Under the pieces are notes generated by a model. That model made no database searches, was not told the DNA's origin, and saw nothing but the letters and a program-made list of their open reading frames with translations. A stretch of DNA of 64,000 nucleotides, from the NCBI GenBank assembly GCA_010909165.1, contig VJWM01000284.1, forward strand, positions 1 through 64,000. The letters are read 5' to 3'. Every line of letters starts with the position of its first letter. Position 1 is the stretch's first letter. Below are positions 1 through 12,348 of the stretch, one piece after another. This stretch comes from Anthoceros angustus. Its lineage: Eukaryota; Plantae; Anthocerotophyta. The position numbers and the translations under genes are program-made.

Positions 1-1221
1 GCTGCGATCGAGGTAAGCACCCGCACCTCACCATGGAAGGAGGGGCCAACAAGGAGTCACGGGCGATCGGGAGCAGTGGAAGGACTTGAGGAGAGCCACG
101 GAGGAGTCCGTGAGGGAGGAAACCCGGGTGGGCGTGAGTCCGGACTTTGTCCGGACCCCAGAGGGGAGGTCAAGTCGGACCAAGTCCGGACCACGAGGTC
201 CGGACCCGAGGTCCGGACCCTGACAAGGTCGGACCTAGCCACGACAGAATAAGCCGGACTCAAGTTCTGTGAGTCGAGACAGACCTCGAGGACCGACCGG
301 CAAGAAGGAGGAGCCCCTTCGACTTACGCTAGGGGAGCAGATAGCGGTGGCCCCACCGCCAAGGAGGAGGCCGAGGGAGGCCGAGGGAGGATGACGCCGT
401 GGTAACGGCGGCTGCCGCATCGAGCCCAACCCGGCTGTGATTCCGGGAGAGGAGGGCCCGCCTCACGGATCATCCGATTGCGCCACAACCGCTGACGGGG
501 ATTGGACCACCCATCCGGCGGGGCCGGACCTTCCCACACAACCGAAGGAGATAGGGGAGGAAATAGGATGGTAGGCGGCCGATTAGGGTATACCGAAATG
601 GCTATCACCGTAATAGGGGTGTAATAAAGACGCCTTGGGCGCGATATAAGAGGGCCGAGGTCGCCTAGTAAAGCATCTTTCTCTTGGTGTTGATGCGTTC
701 TTGCAGACCCTTGCGTCTTCTTGCTACGCGAGTCCCGAGTCGAAAGGTGCACGACGACCCGGGAGATCGATCAAGGTCCCGTGACGGACTTAGCGTGTGG
801 TGGTGTGTGGGAGGACGATCGAGGACCCTTGTTCGTCGAGGCGGCGGCCCAAGCGTCAGGAGCGTGTGGAGGTACTTTGGGAGGGTGTCTGAGCCGGACG
901 GAGGCCCGAGCAACGAGGAGGTCCCGACTGTAGCCGGCTTTTCCAAGGTTGATAAGTGTAGAGAGAGCGAGAGGAACGGATCAAGAAACGAGTGAGAACG
1001 GACGCAAACGGGTCTCAAACGCTTGGCCACCTGGGCTGTTCGGTGAGCGTTATAAATAGCCGGGTGTAAACGAAGATTGAGTGTGTTAAGGTGAAGTGGA
1101 CCCGAAGAAAGGTGAGAATCCAAACGCAAACGGAGCTATCATTCTCTTGGGAACGGACTCCATACTACAACGACACGGGATTGTGCGCGCCCGGCTGTCC
1201 ATCAGCGAAAGACCCGCCACA

Positions 1222-1360
1222 AGATTGCACACCATTTTATTCGTCAAGTAGCTGACAACAAGGAGGTATATGTCGAGTATGTCCCCACAGGTGAGACTGT
1301 AGCTGATTTACTCACTAAAGCACTTCCCAAGCTTGTCCATGAGAAGCATACTCTAGCTGC
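1222..1360 (+). mobile_element. Ty1/Copia RNase H C-terminal fragment
   Basis: Translates to IAHHFIRQVADNKEVYVEYVPTGETVADLLTKALPK, matching the Copia RNase H end (HIxxxxHFIR...ADxLTKAL). Confidence 0.8.
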
Positions 1361-2249
1361 TAGTGTTGAGATCGGCAAGAGCAAAAATGGAACGCTCAGG
1401 GTTTAGTAGATTTGCTAGATCTATCGAGAGATGCACTCGTGTTCAAGACATTAGAGCCCTTGACTCCCTCATGCTCCCTACCTTTCAACCTCATAGCTGT
1501 AGATGCAATTGGTCACCAATATTGCCTTTGGGGACTCTAGCTTTTCACTTGCTGCCGTCATGAGTCATCCAGGTCTAGAGGAGTTTATATTCTGACTCAA
1601 GAGGATGATCTAAGCTGAAAACTTTGGAGGAGAAGAGGACTTGATGACTGCAAGCTCGAGATCATTCACACTTGGAGTTCAGTTTTTCGTTCGAGTGGAG
1701 GGAGCTGTTTCGTTTCATCTTTGTGGTTTCTTTGAGTTGCAAGTGCAATTTCCTTCCTCTCTTCAGTACTAGAAGATTTTCAATCATATTTTGGAAGACA
1801 TCATCTGCAGACTACACTAGAACTAAGTGGGAGTAATGGTAGACTGTAATTTACCTGGCGGTTTGAGCAGTTTAGTAGTTGCTACTGTAGGCCGCACGGT
1901 TATGCCATGACAGTTACAATTTCCTGTACAAATACTTGTGTTCATAATCAAGTTATCATCATTGGAAACTGTCAGCTTGCTTCTGCATCTTGTGCCTTTG
2001 CTTCTAGTCAGTCACGGCTTGCACATCTGCCCTTGTAGATGGCAGCCCCTGGATACTTTTATTATCTTACCCCCTTGATTCACCTCCTCCCGTAGATGTG
2101 CCTCTAGCACTTTAGCGCTCGACTAGGGAGCGGACCCTCAACATGAAGGCTCTTGAGAACCTTGAACAACCACAAGGTACTTCCAACAAACAGGCTACCA
2201 GCGTTGCCATTTCCAATCCTTTTCAAGTTTCGCAGTCTACCTCCGATAT

Positions 2250-4050
2250 TGCTGAGCCCTCTAACCTTAAAGCTGCTCTGTCTGGGCCGCGAGCAGTTGA
2301 ATGAAAGAAGGCTGTGGATGATGAGTTTTAGTCCTTGCAAGACAACAAAACTTGGTGCCTTTGTGACTTGCCACCCAGCTGCTCCGCAGTAGGAAGCAAG
2401 TGGACTTTCAAGATCAAGTACATCGCTGACGGCGCCATCGACTGCTAAAAGGCATGACTCGTGGCACAAGGTTATATCCAACGGGCTGGCAATAACTATG
2501 ATGCAGATAATCTCTTCTCCCTTGTTGTCTGGACTAGCTCTCTTCGAGTCATTCTTGCTTGCGCTACCTTTCATGATTGGGGAAACATTCAACTTGACGT
2601 GAAGACGGCTTTTCTATATGGAAAATTACAAGAAGAGATATACATGCGTCAGTTGAGGAGAACGAGGAGAAAGGCAAGGAGTATCTTATATGCTTCCTCC
2701 AATGTAGCATCTATGGTCTCAAGCAATCTGCCAAGAATTGGAATGTCTACATGGATGACTTCCTCCTTGCTTGCATATTCCTTAAGTGCCCATCCGACAG
2801 TAATGTCTATATCCTCTGGTCCGGGGATGCTCTTGTTATCCTCGCCCTATACGTGGATGACTGCATCCTTGCCAGCAACGATAAGCATGGGCTGCTAGCT
2901 TAGACCATCCTTATGCTTAAACCTAAGTTCAGCATGGCAGATTTAGGTGATATTCATTATTGTATTGGGATGAAGGTTATTCGTGATCACCCACTTAGAA
3001 CTTTGTATCTCACTCAGATCCAATACATTAAGAACACGCTAATTTGCTTCAACATGCTAGATTGCAAGCTTGCACCCACTCCGCTTACCGTCGGAGCACC
3101 CTTGTCTTTTGACTAGGCACTCAAGACCAACGAGGAGCGCAAGTACATGGAATCTATTCCATATCAGGAAGTAGTATCAATTGGATATGTACTACAATGT
3201 GCCCCGATATTGGCCATCCTGTCCAAGTGCTTGCCCAACAGATGGCCAACCCCAGGCCCGCACATTGGTTTGCCCTCAAGCGTACTTTGCGCTACCTCAA
3301 GGGCACCATGGCTTATGGGCTCCATACCATGGGCCCTCGGTCGGGGATACAGCTTCGGTCTCCTTCGCTCAACTCTCCGCTTACACTGATGCTGATTGGG
3401 GGGGAGATGTAGACTCGAAGAAATCAACATCAAGATTTGCCTTGATGCTCTATGACGCTGCTATTGATTAGGGGTCTAAGTGGCGACATGTACCATCGCT
3501 TCCTCTGCTCACCGAGTCGGAGTACATGGCTTCTACACTTCTCATACCCAAGGCCATGGATCACATCGTGCCCTCTTGGATGAACTTGGTATGACATAGT
3601 AGAAGTCCGTCCTCATCAAGATTGATAATCAATCTGCTCTTGTCCTTGTCAGCACCCAAAGTTTAGCTCTAGGTCTAAGCACATGGACCTTCAATATCAC
3701 TAAGTGCGTGAGCAATGTGCCATAGGTAGAGCCGACTTGAGTACTACCCCATAGAGCTCATGGGAGCCGACATCTTGATGAAGAGTCTACCACGCGACAA
3801 GCAAATGTCTTGTGTAGCCCTGTTAGGTGTACATGCAATCACTAGCCAAGATGGTTAGCCCATTAGCGTAAGATATCTAGTATGAAGGGGAGTATTGAAA
3901 TATATTAGTCAGCTAGATACTAAGGCATCTGAGCCCAAGGGTCACACCCCTTGGTGTAAGGGTACTTAAGTCCTTTTGGACACAACTTAATTCACTTATC
4001 ATTTTCCTCCTTGTTGATAGCTTGTCCTACCTTATGTACTAGTTTCAATA
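2250..4050 (+). mobile_element. Degenerate Ty1/Copia retrotransposon: RT, RNase H, PPT and probable 3' LTR
   Basis: QLDVKTAFLYGKLQEEIYM (2461 ORF), DLGDIHYCIGMKV, KRTLRYLKGT, YTDADWGGD, spread over several frames with stops. Polypurine tract AAGGGGGAG at ~3885 is followed by an AT-rich LTR-like segment. Confidence 0.85.
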
Positions 4051-4355
4051 GGGGGGAGGAAAGAGTTAAGGGATCCTAGAAAATAGGGATAAATAAAACC
4101 TTTATGAGGCACCTTCTAAAGCAAAAGCAATGGAAGAAAGGAGGAAGAAAAGTAAAAGTGAAAGAAAAAACAGGAAAAGAATATGACGGAAAATCTCTCT
4201 TTCTCTGTGAGATTTTAAAGATGCAAGTAATGAGGAGGTCGGTGAAAGGGGAAAAATAAGGTAATTCAGAAAAGACACGTAACTGAAAAGGGAGTATTGG
4301 TGGAAAACGGTAAAATGAATGGGAGAAGCGATAAGCAATGCTTGGGCATGAATGT

Positions 4356-4635
4356 TGTTGAAGAAGGCACGATAGTGCTCCGACCCCAACATACTCTGCG
4401 AAAAGAAACCCTGATTGCAGAGAGCCTAAAGAAGAATTGAGCCCCTCGACACGCAAGGATCTTGTTCCAAGCTCCTCCCGCCGACGACTGCCTTGGTTCG
4501 TGAAGCAGTCCCTGTTGAAGAAGGCACGATAGTGCTCCGACCCCAACATACTCTGCGAAAAGAAACCCTGATTGCAGAGAGCCTAAAGAAGAATTGAGCC
4601 CCTCGACACGCAAGGATCTTGTTCCAAGCTCCTCC
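4356..4635. repeat. Direct repeat, ~123-bp unit x2 (period 157)
   Basis: TGTTGAAGAAGGCACGATAG...CAAGCTCCTCC at 4356 and at 4513. Confidence 0.9.
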
Positions 4636-4929
4636 GACGCCTTGGTTCGGTAAAGCCAGCAACGCCTTGGTTCGTGGAAGGTCCACAGTGTTGAGCACAA
4701 ACCATGACCGTTGTACCTTGATCCCTATATTAGTAGAGGAGGAAGGCGAGGGGTAAGATGGTTAATTGTTTCTTCCTCCCAAAAAAGGTCAACCACTTTG
4801 AATGCCTGCCGAAGGAATGCCCTCATCTCCATTGGATGATCATCAATCAGCTGTGGCCATGTGGTAGGATGTTCGAATAAGATGGAGAAGTGAGAATGAA
4901 GGGGGGCAAAACACTGCATTCTGCGATAT

Positions 4930-5052
4930 GCACCTCATCATCCACCGCACCTTTATGACATCGAAGGCAAACAAACCCGCCGGAGACTAAAGCACCTCAT
5001 CATCCACCGCACCTTTATGACATCGAAGGCAAACAAACTCGCTGGAGACTAA
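4930..5052. repeat. Tandem duplication, 62 bp x2
   Basis: GCACCTCATCATCCACCGCACC...GGAGACTAA at 4930 and at 4992. Confidence 0.9.
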
Positions 5053-5171
5053 GTGTCCCTTGTGGATAACGTGCAGATTTTGAATTCAGGTGGAGGGTAG
5101 TTCTTCTGCACAAAAGGAGTGATACAAGAGTGGAACTTGACGCGTTTCTCATTGGTGTGATCGATGGAGCA

Positions 5172-5245
5172 TGGCCTATACAGGGATCGAACCTGTGACC
5201 TTCGCGTTATTAGCACGACGCTCTAACCAACTGAGCTAATAGGCC
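5172..5245 (-). tRNA. tRNA-Ile (AAT)
   Basis: Reverse complement GGCCTATTAGCTCAGTTGGTTAGAGCGTCGTGCT-AAT-AACGCGAAGGTCACAGGTTCGATCCCTGTATAGGCCA folds as a cloverleaf with A and B boxes; anticodon AAT. Confidence 0.97.
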
Positions 5246-5332
5246 ACGACAGCAACGATGTGTACATACCCAATTTATTAAATTAAAAAAAGATATCTCT
5301 CCCTCAAATGGTTCCCGAAATTCAGACAGATC

Positions 5333-7176
5333 ATGGCTACCTTGTCCAAAGCCGCATCGGTGCCCTGTCCGCCGGCATCTCTGGACATGTGCTTGTCCCT
5401 TTTCTGCAATCCCGTTCTCAGCAGTATTCCATGGACAGCTTCTACACGCAGCATTGCTCCGAGGGCCAGGAGAAAATGGATTTGGGTGCGCCCATTTACG
5501 GGGGACAGCACGACAGTCACGTACAGGCCTGGAGCTGTGCTGCGGGAAGCTCAACCCAATTCCATTGCTGCCCCAGTTCAGAGTATTGCAGGCCAGCTTG
5601 GTGCCCAGTTAGGAGCGCTTCAAGTGACCGTCCCGCCCTGCAAGCAGCGTCAAAAAGGGGGCATTAGGCGGCCGCTGGGTTACCCTAGAGTGCCAGGCTT
5701 CACACCCAGGTTGAGACCGGAGAGGGGGAATCCCTTTTCCGTGGAAGCTGTGGCTGGTATTTTCTTGTCACCAATTTGAACACGTCAGACCATCATGTGA
5801 TCTCCGCTGCTGCTGTGACAAATTATGTCGTTTTGCTTGTAGATCATGGTGGACAGAGCGCAGTCATTGACGGGTCCCCCTCTGAGTCGCCGAGGTGTAG
5901 CCAGGATGTGGTGGAAGCAGGTGGATTGGGAGGGCAGGGAGGCATGGGAAGTGAGGAGCAGCCCAGCTCCAGGGCAAAATGGTTCCCGTACTTGGACGAG
6001 TTCAGGCTGAATGAAGAGTCTCCCATTCTGAGCAGCAAGGTGATTCTGGAGATGCTGGAACCGTTCCTGGTCGATGGCCGTAGGCAAAGAATTGAGGGTG
6101 TGGTGGCCAATCGAACCTACACAGTCTGCCCTGTGGTGGAGGGATTGCTAGACCCCGGCAACGTGGCGGCTGTGTTCAGATCAGCTGATGCTCTGGGATA
6201 TCAGTCTGTCCATGTCGTTTCAAACCGAGTAAACAAAAGGTTGGGCTTGTGGGGAATGGTCCCGGACTTCATAGGTATTTTCAATGCTCCATTTCTGTTG
6301 CTTGCATGGATGTGCAGTGACTTTTGTTGCGGAGGAGACTGAGGGGACGGCAAATGCCTGTCTTGCGCTCAGGTACAGGAAAAACAGACGAGTGAGTGTT
6401 GGAGCTGAGAAATGGTTGGACGTTGAGAGCTGGGCTCGCACAGCTTCCTGCGTGGAAGCACTCCGGGCTCGTGGATATCGCATCGCTGTGACACATATTG
6501 CTTCTGATACTGTGAGAGTTCGGTTTGATGTTGCTACTGTTGTACTATCTGCGGAGTTGAACTGTATTGATGCCTTGTGACTGCCTTGCACAGATTTCTA
6601 TTCATGACATGGATTGGACCATTCCAACAGCTGTGATATTCGGAAACGAGGACGAGTGAGTACTGGCATCCCCCACTTCCCACTCCCATCTCCCTTCCCC
6701 TCCCATTTGTGACCTTCATCACCTGGACTTGCAGGGGCATATCTCAGGAAGCAATATCCCTCTCCGATGTGCGCTGCAGCATCCCTATGACTGGCATGGT
6801 GGATTCTTTTAACGTGTCTGTTGCAGCCGGCATCCTGATGCACTATGCTGCCTTCGACAGAGTTTCACGACTGGTAAGCACAGTCGGGTATTCCCAAGTT
6901 GTACAAGCCTTCACCACTGCAGAGCATCAGCTGACCCTGAGCTGTTTTGTTGGGTCTTATCAGGGCTGTCACGGGGATCTGCTTCCCGCGGAGCAGCAAA
7001 TCCTGACCGCTGAGTTCTGCATGCGTCACAGCCACCACATTCCAGGCATAATAGACCGTCTTCTTGACAAGAGCTACAGTTCTAGACGGGGCTCGTTGAG
7101 CTCCCTCCTCAAGGGAGAGCTGGAGGCAGGCATCGAGGATCCGGAATGCGTATCATGCTCAGCAACCGGACTTTAA
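5333..7176 (+). CDS. SpoU/TrmH-family tRNA/rRNA 2'-O-ribose methyltransferase, ~6 exons, probable organellar transit peptide
   Basis: SPOUT motifs VVEGLLDPGNVAAVFRSADALG, VSVGAEKWL, FGNEDEGIS and IPMTGMVDSFNVSVAAG. GT-AG introns at ~6240-6372, 6511-6593, 6656-6734 and 6874-6963. The exon 1 donor is uncertain. Confidence 0.9.
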
Positions 7177-7244
7177 AAGAGCCATTCGTACCATCTCCCA
7201 GGGATCATGCTATGTGGCAGGTAGAGAACAGACAATGCGCTTAA

Positions 7245-7366
7245 ACAATGGTAGATATGTAGCTTGTGTCCTTATCTATATGTAGACTAACACAAGGTAT
7301 GGATGACAATTGTAGATATGTGGCTTGTGTCCTTATCTATATGTAGACTAACACAAGGTATGGATG
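7245..7366. repeat. Tandem duplication, 61 bp x2
   Basis: ACAAT(G/T)GTAGATATGT...CAAGGTATGGATG repeated at 7245 and 7306. Confidence 0.85.
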
Positions 7367-7614
7367 CTGTGTTCGTCCACATCGACACGTCTCGTATATC
7401 ATTCAGAGTCGTGGTAATAGGCTATACATATAAACCTGATTCTGCTACATCTGTGCAAGCTCTGCTGCTGTGGCCACAGCAGAGTGTTGCCCTGTCTGTG
7501 TGATCGGTCTCCTGCCGCTACACCAGACGCTCCATCTTTGCCGGATGAACATCCCTCGTAGAAACAGAGACAAGGCTGCTTGCCACATGTTATTCACTGG
7601 ACGGTGAGGTGAGA

Positions 7615-7806
7615 TCACTCAGCCGTCTTGGCGCACTCGGCGGGAACGGGCGTCGCAGTTGATGCGCCCGGGAGCTGCACTCCCGGCCAGGACTTGCACA
7701 TGCAGTGCTTGCCCTGCGGAATTCCCTTGTACACGCTCTCCACATGCCGGCCGCATCCCTGCCAGCTGGTGTTGCCGCACTTGGTGCAGTGAACCGCGAA
7801 ACACAT
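7615..7806 (-). CDS. Small conserved Cys/His-rich protein, 63 aa, unknown function
   Basis: MCFAVHCTKCGNTSWQGCGRHVESVYKGIPQGKHCMCKSWPGV resembles a family of small plant proteins with MCxxVxCxxCGKxxWxGCGxH. A splice acceptor at ~7838 suggests a 5' UTR intron. Confidence 0.75.
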   Translation of the reverse strand: MCFAVHCTKCGNTSWQGCGRHVESVYKGIPQGKHCMCKSWPGVQLPGASTATPVPAECAKTAE

Positions 7807-8338
7807 TTTGCCGAGCTTGGGATGGTAGCTGCTGCACCTGCGCACGCGCACAAGAAGGCCGATTGAGGAGGCGGGAAGGAAGGAAGGGCAGAGCGTGAAA
7901 TCAAGAGCAGAAGCGGGCGTGTCCGTGTGTACGAGAGGCGCAGGTGAGCTGCTGGCTTGGCTGCCGTCAGTGAGAGGAGCGAGTGAGTGAGCGAGTACGA
8001 GAGTGATGAATCTGCGCGAATCGGGAGGTGGGTTATGTAGGACCGGCAGGCAAGTCCTCCACAACTGCTGGCCTGGCTTCTTTCGCCGCCCTGCCACGTT
8101 CGTTGCCGCCTAGACTTGGCAGGCCGGAGGAGCTGACAACTGAGGTTCACGAAGATAAACAACTTGGACGAGGCTGGGCTGTTCTTGGATGCTTGCGGCC
8201 TTGCTGCCGGCTGCTTCGCCTTCGGGAGGCGCAACTCTTATCTTTCCCTGCGATCCCACAGCAGGAGAGCTAAACACATTATCCGTTACAACCGGCAAAA
8301 TTGGCAGCTTGTGCTGAGTGGGGCCACTCCACTTCGAC

Positions 8339-11023
8339 ATGTCGGCCGTCATTGTGGAGGAGTTTCGGACAGACCGTGCCCGGCCTGTGCGGACTGCACT
8401 CCTCGACCCCAACACTCTCCGCTTCAAAGTCTTCCGGTGACATCTCCTACGCTCTCTCCTTGGCTTCTCCTGGGGAAGTGGGCTCTGTGTGTGGCACATC
8501 GTGTGAACGGACATGTCTTCTCCTGTAACGGTGAAATTTCTGCACTCTCGGGCTGTACTTGCGGTGATGTAGGGAAGGGAGACAATCTTTCAGTGCTCTG
8601 GACAGCTTACGAGCTGCATTTCTCCCCGAGGCAAGGCTTCTCTACTAAATATATCAATCCGCCTCTGTTCTGGTATGAATTGCGCCTCACTTTCTTCTCT
8701 TTGTCTGCTTGGTGCAGGGGTTTCCCAACAGTGTGACTGCCGACTATTTGTCCTTTCAGACGTGGGATACTTTACAGGTGATTTGAGAGAAGGTCAAATT
8801 CAGGCCCAGTTTTGATGTGGTCATTGTAGCCTATGTTTTGACGGATCCCACGTCCTGTTGACAGGGTGTCTCCACTTACATTCGGAGCATGCTTTCTACA
8901 CAGGTAAAACGCTGCCTACAGGTCCAGCTCTACAGGTTCAATATTTTCTACTCTGCACAGAAACCGGATCATGCTTTCTAGACATTTGTCAGTCTCTTGA
9001 GGTACACTTTTTTGCGTTTGTAGGCTCTCCTGGGCGCCTTAGGTGTTGGAGAGACAAAGGCCACTGTTGTCGGAGCAACATTTCAGGTACTTGCTCAGAT
9101 ATCGTTTCCAGCTAATCGTTTAGGGTAAACAGCTGACAGTTTCGGCTGCATGCAGTGGTTTCTCCGGGACTTCACGGGCATGTTGGGAGGGATTCTGTTC
9201 ACTCTATATCAGGTCTCATCACCTTTTTGCATGCAATGGTGCATCGCTTCGAGTGCTGTCAAGTCATGACCTCCTGATCCATGTTAGTAGGGTTCAAATC
9301 TTGATAGCAGTGCAAAACAATGGCGACTTGCTGCAGACTTTATGAATGACGTTGGTGAGTACCTAAAGTGCTTCAGATGCTTATGCTCCTACTTCAATGA
9401 GCAAGAGTGGTTTAGGTTTGACTTTTGCTTCTGACACAGCTTTCCTATCCTGTTTGTAGGCATGCTGATGGACTTGATTTCACCGTTATTTCCTCGTGTC
9501 TTTGTGGCACTCCTTTGCTTGGGAAGTGCTGCACGAGCAGTAAGTAAGGACACAATGTGGCTTGGAGCAATAAGTGTGTCTTCATAGTGTGGTGCTGATC
9601 GGTTTTGTATGTTCAGATCTTAACGTCTGCCCTCGTTTGGTGTAGCTGGCGTTGCTAGTGGAGCCACAAGGGCTGCATTAACTCAACATTTTGCACTTCA
9701 GAAGAATGCAGCCGATGTTTCAGCCAAGGCAGGGAAATCAATTGTTTGCAATGCTTGCAAAAGCAGTTCGAGGTCCTGCAGAATCTCCCTGACATCTTTC
9801 GATATGCAGGAAGGTAGCCAAGAGACGGCTGCAACTCTCGTAGGCATGATATTTGGCTTGCTTCTCGCCCGTGTCACAGCTGGACACGCTGTGGCAGTCT
9901 GGATATTCTTTCTGCTTCTGACAGTCTTTCACATGTATGGTGAGTTTTAGAAGCGAACAGTCTCTGCCTCCTGTTTGTTTGCTGCTCGATCGCTAAACAC
10001 CATCTTCTTATTTTCCTGTCGTGAAATTGTTTTGGCATTTCCTTACAGTCCCTTTGTTGGATGAGCAGCAAATTTTAGAGCTGTACGCTGCCTCTGTCTG
10101 ACGAGCTTGAATGCTGAGAGGTTGACTAAAATCCTTCAGCGCTACATTCGTGATGGAAGAGGTGTGTCGGCAATGCATCCGTCTTCATTTGTATTTGCCA
10201 AACTGGCATTGATTAAGTCTAGAATGTAATCGTACTTTTTACCGACTCATAACCTCGTATTACATCAGTGCCGTCACCAAGTCAAGTCTCTGCTGTTGAG
10301 GAGGTGTTGCCCCATCCCAGGATAAAATGGTGGAAGGACTTGCGACGTGGTGGTATGACAGGGAAGGACGTTATATTTGGAGCACGAGTCTCTTCGGTGG
10401 CGGCCCTCACAGGGTACCGAAATTCTCTGTGGTTCTTCTTTGTGAAAATTCCACCACATTGCCTCCTCAGTGTCAGCACATAACCACATTCTCATCCATT
10501 GCAGGTCCGACTCGTTCCATGCTTTGATTCGGAGATACGGAAAAGGTTGTATGCTCTTGGGATCACTGCAGCGTGCTGATTTTTCTTTTGAGCTTGTTGT
10601 AGCCCTTCAGTCTGTGTATCTGCTGAGCTTGTACTTTTTTTTCAGGGCGGTATCTCATAGCTGTCCAGAAGGATATTCAAGTCGTCCTTCATAAGGATGC
10701 AACTGCCCGGGATCTCTTTATAGCCTACGTGCACGCTTCAGTGCTGGGTCAGACATTGCAATCGAGGGGGAGTGGTTCCACAGGAACTGACGATGCCGAG
10801 TTTGAGTGCCTTACTTGGATGCACCAGGAGTTTCCAGCGTTCGTCGACAATGTAAGCAAGCAATTTCTTAAGTTGGGGAGGGAGGAATATTGACTTTTTG
10901 GTTGTTTGTAATTGAATGTCTTTGACTTTCCAGCTCACTGCTTCGGGGTGGGCGACGGACCGTATTCTCGTCGCTGCAACAGAATGGCGCGCGGACTGGC
11001 TCTTGGACGGTGCTGAAAAGTAG
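8339..11023 (+). CDS. RUS3: ROOT UVB SENSITIVE 3-like (DUF647) protein, multi-exon
   Basis: Spliced exons give AFLPE|GFPNSVTADYLSFQTWDTLQ|GVSTYIRSMLSTQ|ALLGALGVGETKATVVGATFQ|WFLRDFTGMLGGILF|GSNLDSSAKQWRLAADFMND|...GVASGATRAALTQHFALQKNAADVSAK|EGSQE...SGWATDRIL, then TAG at 11021. Confidence 0.9.
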
Positions 11024-11186
11024 CCATGGAAGTATAATTATTACGTTAAGTACGGAGGATAATTGTTAAATTAAACCAATGCGACCAAGACAATGCACCT
11101 AGCGTATCCGTTCCCCCTACAAATCATAACTACCTGTCTATATATATGTGTAGCGCAACACGGAGAAACTTGCGCAGTTGTCTCCA

Positions 11187-12348
11187 ATGGCCGCCATGGA
11201 CGATGTAATGCAGAGTGTTTTCGGAGAGTCGGACACGGACGACGAAGGGCAGGAAGATCCCTCCTCGGCTGCGCAGCAAATGGTCAGTGGAAATTTCCTT
11301 GTTGATGGCGCTTTTTCGCAGGAACGGTTGCTTCCAAGCCCTGAACTGGGATCATGTGTAGCCTTGTTAGGGGGACGGATTTGACTGTGTAGTTCAGGTT
11401 GGATCCTGACTGGCGTTGAGGCGCATTGAGTTCAGTTGTTCCTGATTGTGGTGATCTAGATCGCCATTGAGGACGAGGAGAGTAAGTGGCAGAGGATCGA
11501 GCAGGTTGCTGGTCTTTCCGTCTGTAGAAACTTCCTGTCGGACATGGAGCAAGACGCCCTGCTTAGGGCCATCTATGAAGGTCTGGCTGGACGCTGGCAC
11601 AATGTTGCAAACTTGAGAGCTTATTTATTGAGTGTGAGCCTGGAAGCAGGCTGTCTGATTCCTCCCGGGTTGTGCTTGCCAATGTAGAGAAATGGTTTGG
11701 TGATCCCACACAAAATCAGGTATGTTCGTTGAGAGGCATCTTCGTAAACATCATTATCGACGTTTTATTTACTTTGGTTGCAACGAGCAGGCAATGAGAT
11801 TCGGAGACCTACCGTGGTGGGCTTCGAACTTGAGTGACATGATCAAGGCAAGTCTCGTCACCGCTCCCTTGTATCCCGGAAGCGAAGGTGAGCGGGGCCC
11901 CTTTCCCACGGCCATTCTGGAGCGGGAGCCGCTGTTTGACCAGATGATAGTTAACTCCTACCAGCCTGGCGAGGTGGGTTCGTCACTCTTTCCTGACGTA
12001 CGTCTGGCACGTCTGGCCCAGCAAGGCGTGGCAATTACCTGCTGCCGGTGATGGCAGGGGATCAAAGCGCATGTGGACCTGCTACGGTTCGAAGACGGCA
12101 TAGCCATAGTGTCCCTGCTATCAGCCTGCGTGATGTGCTTCAATGAATGCGAAGGTGGGCGGGATGGAGAGCAGCAGCAGGTACCGGTGCTACTCATGCC
12201 AGGTGACTTGGTGGTGATGGCTGGAGAGGCCCGGTACAAATGGAGTCATGAAATCAACCGAGCGGAAGGGCATCAGGTGTGGCAAGGACAGCACATCCGG
12301 CAGGACAGACGCATTTCGGTCACCCTGCGCTGCCTGTGTCGGAACTGA
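11187..12348 (+). CDS. AlkB-family 2-oxoglutarate/Fe(II) dioxygenase, ~5 exons
   Basis: NQ|AMRFGDLP, REPLFDQMIVNSYQPGE|GIKAHVDLLRFEDGIAIVSL (HxD), GEARYKWSHEI (distal His) and RRISVTLR. Confidence 0.9.

Noticed and set aside
1-1175. GC-rich ORFs and GGTCCGGACC repeats as a gene
   Set aside because: No recognisable domain. It is probably LTR or retroelement sequence (TATAAATAG at ~1051), but boundaries cannot be supported.
5105-5171. Dicistronic tRNA-snoRNA in the ~57-nt trailer between tRNA-Ile and the first TTTT
   Set aside because: No convincing C box (RUGAUGA) or D box (CUGA), and no H/ACA structure.
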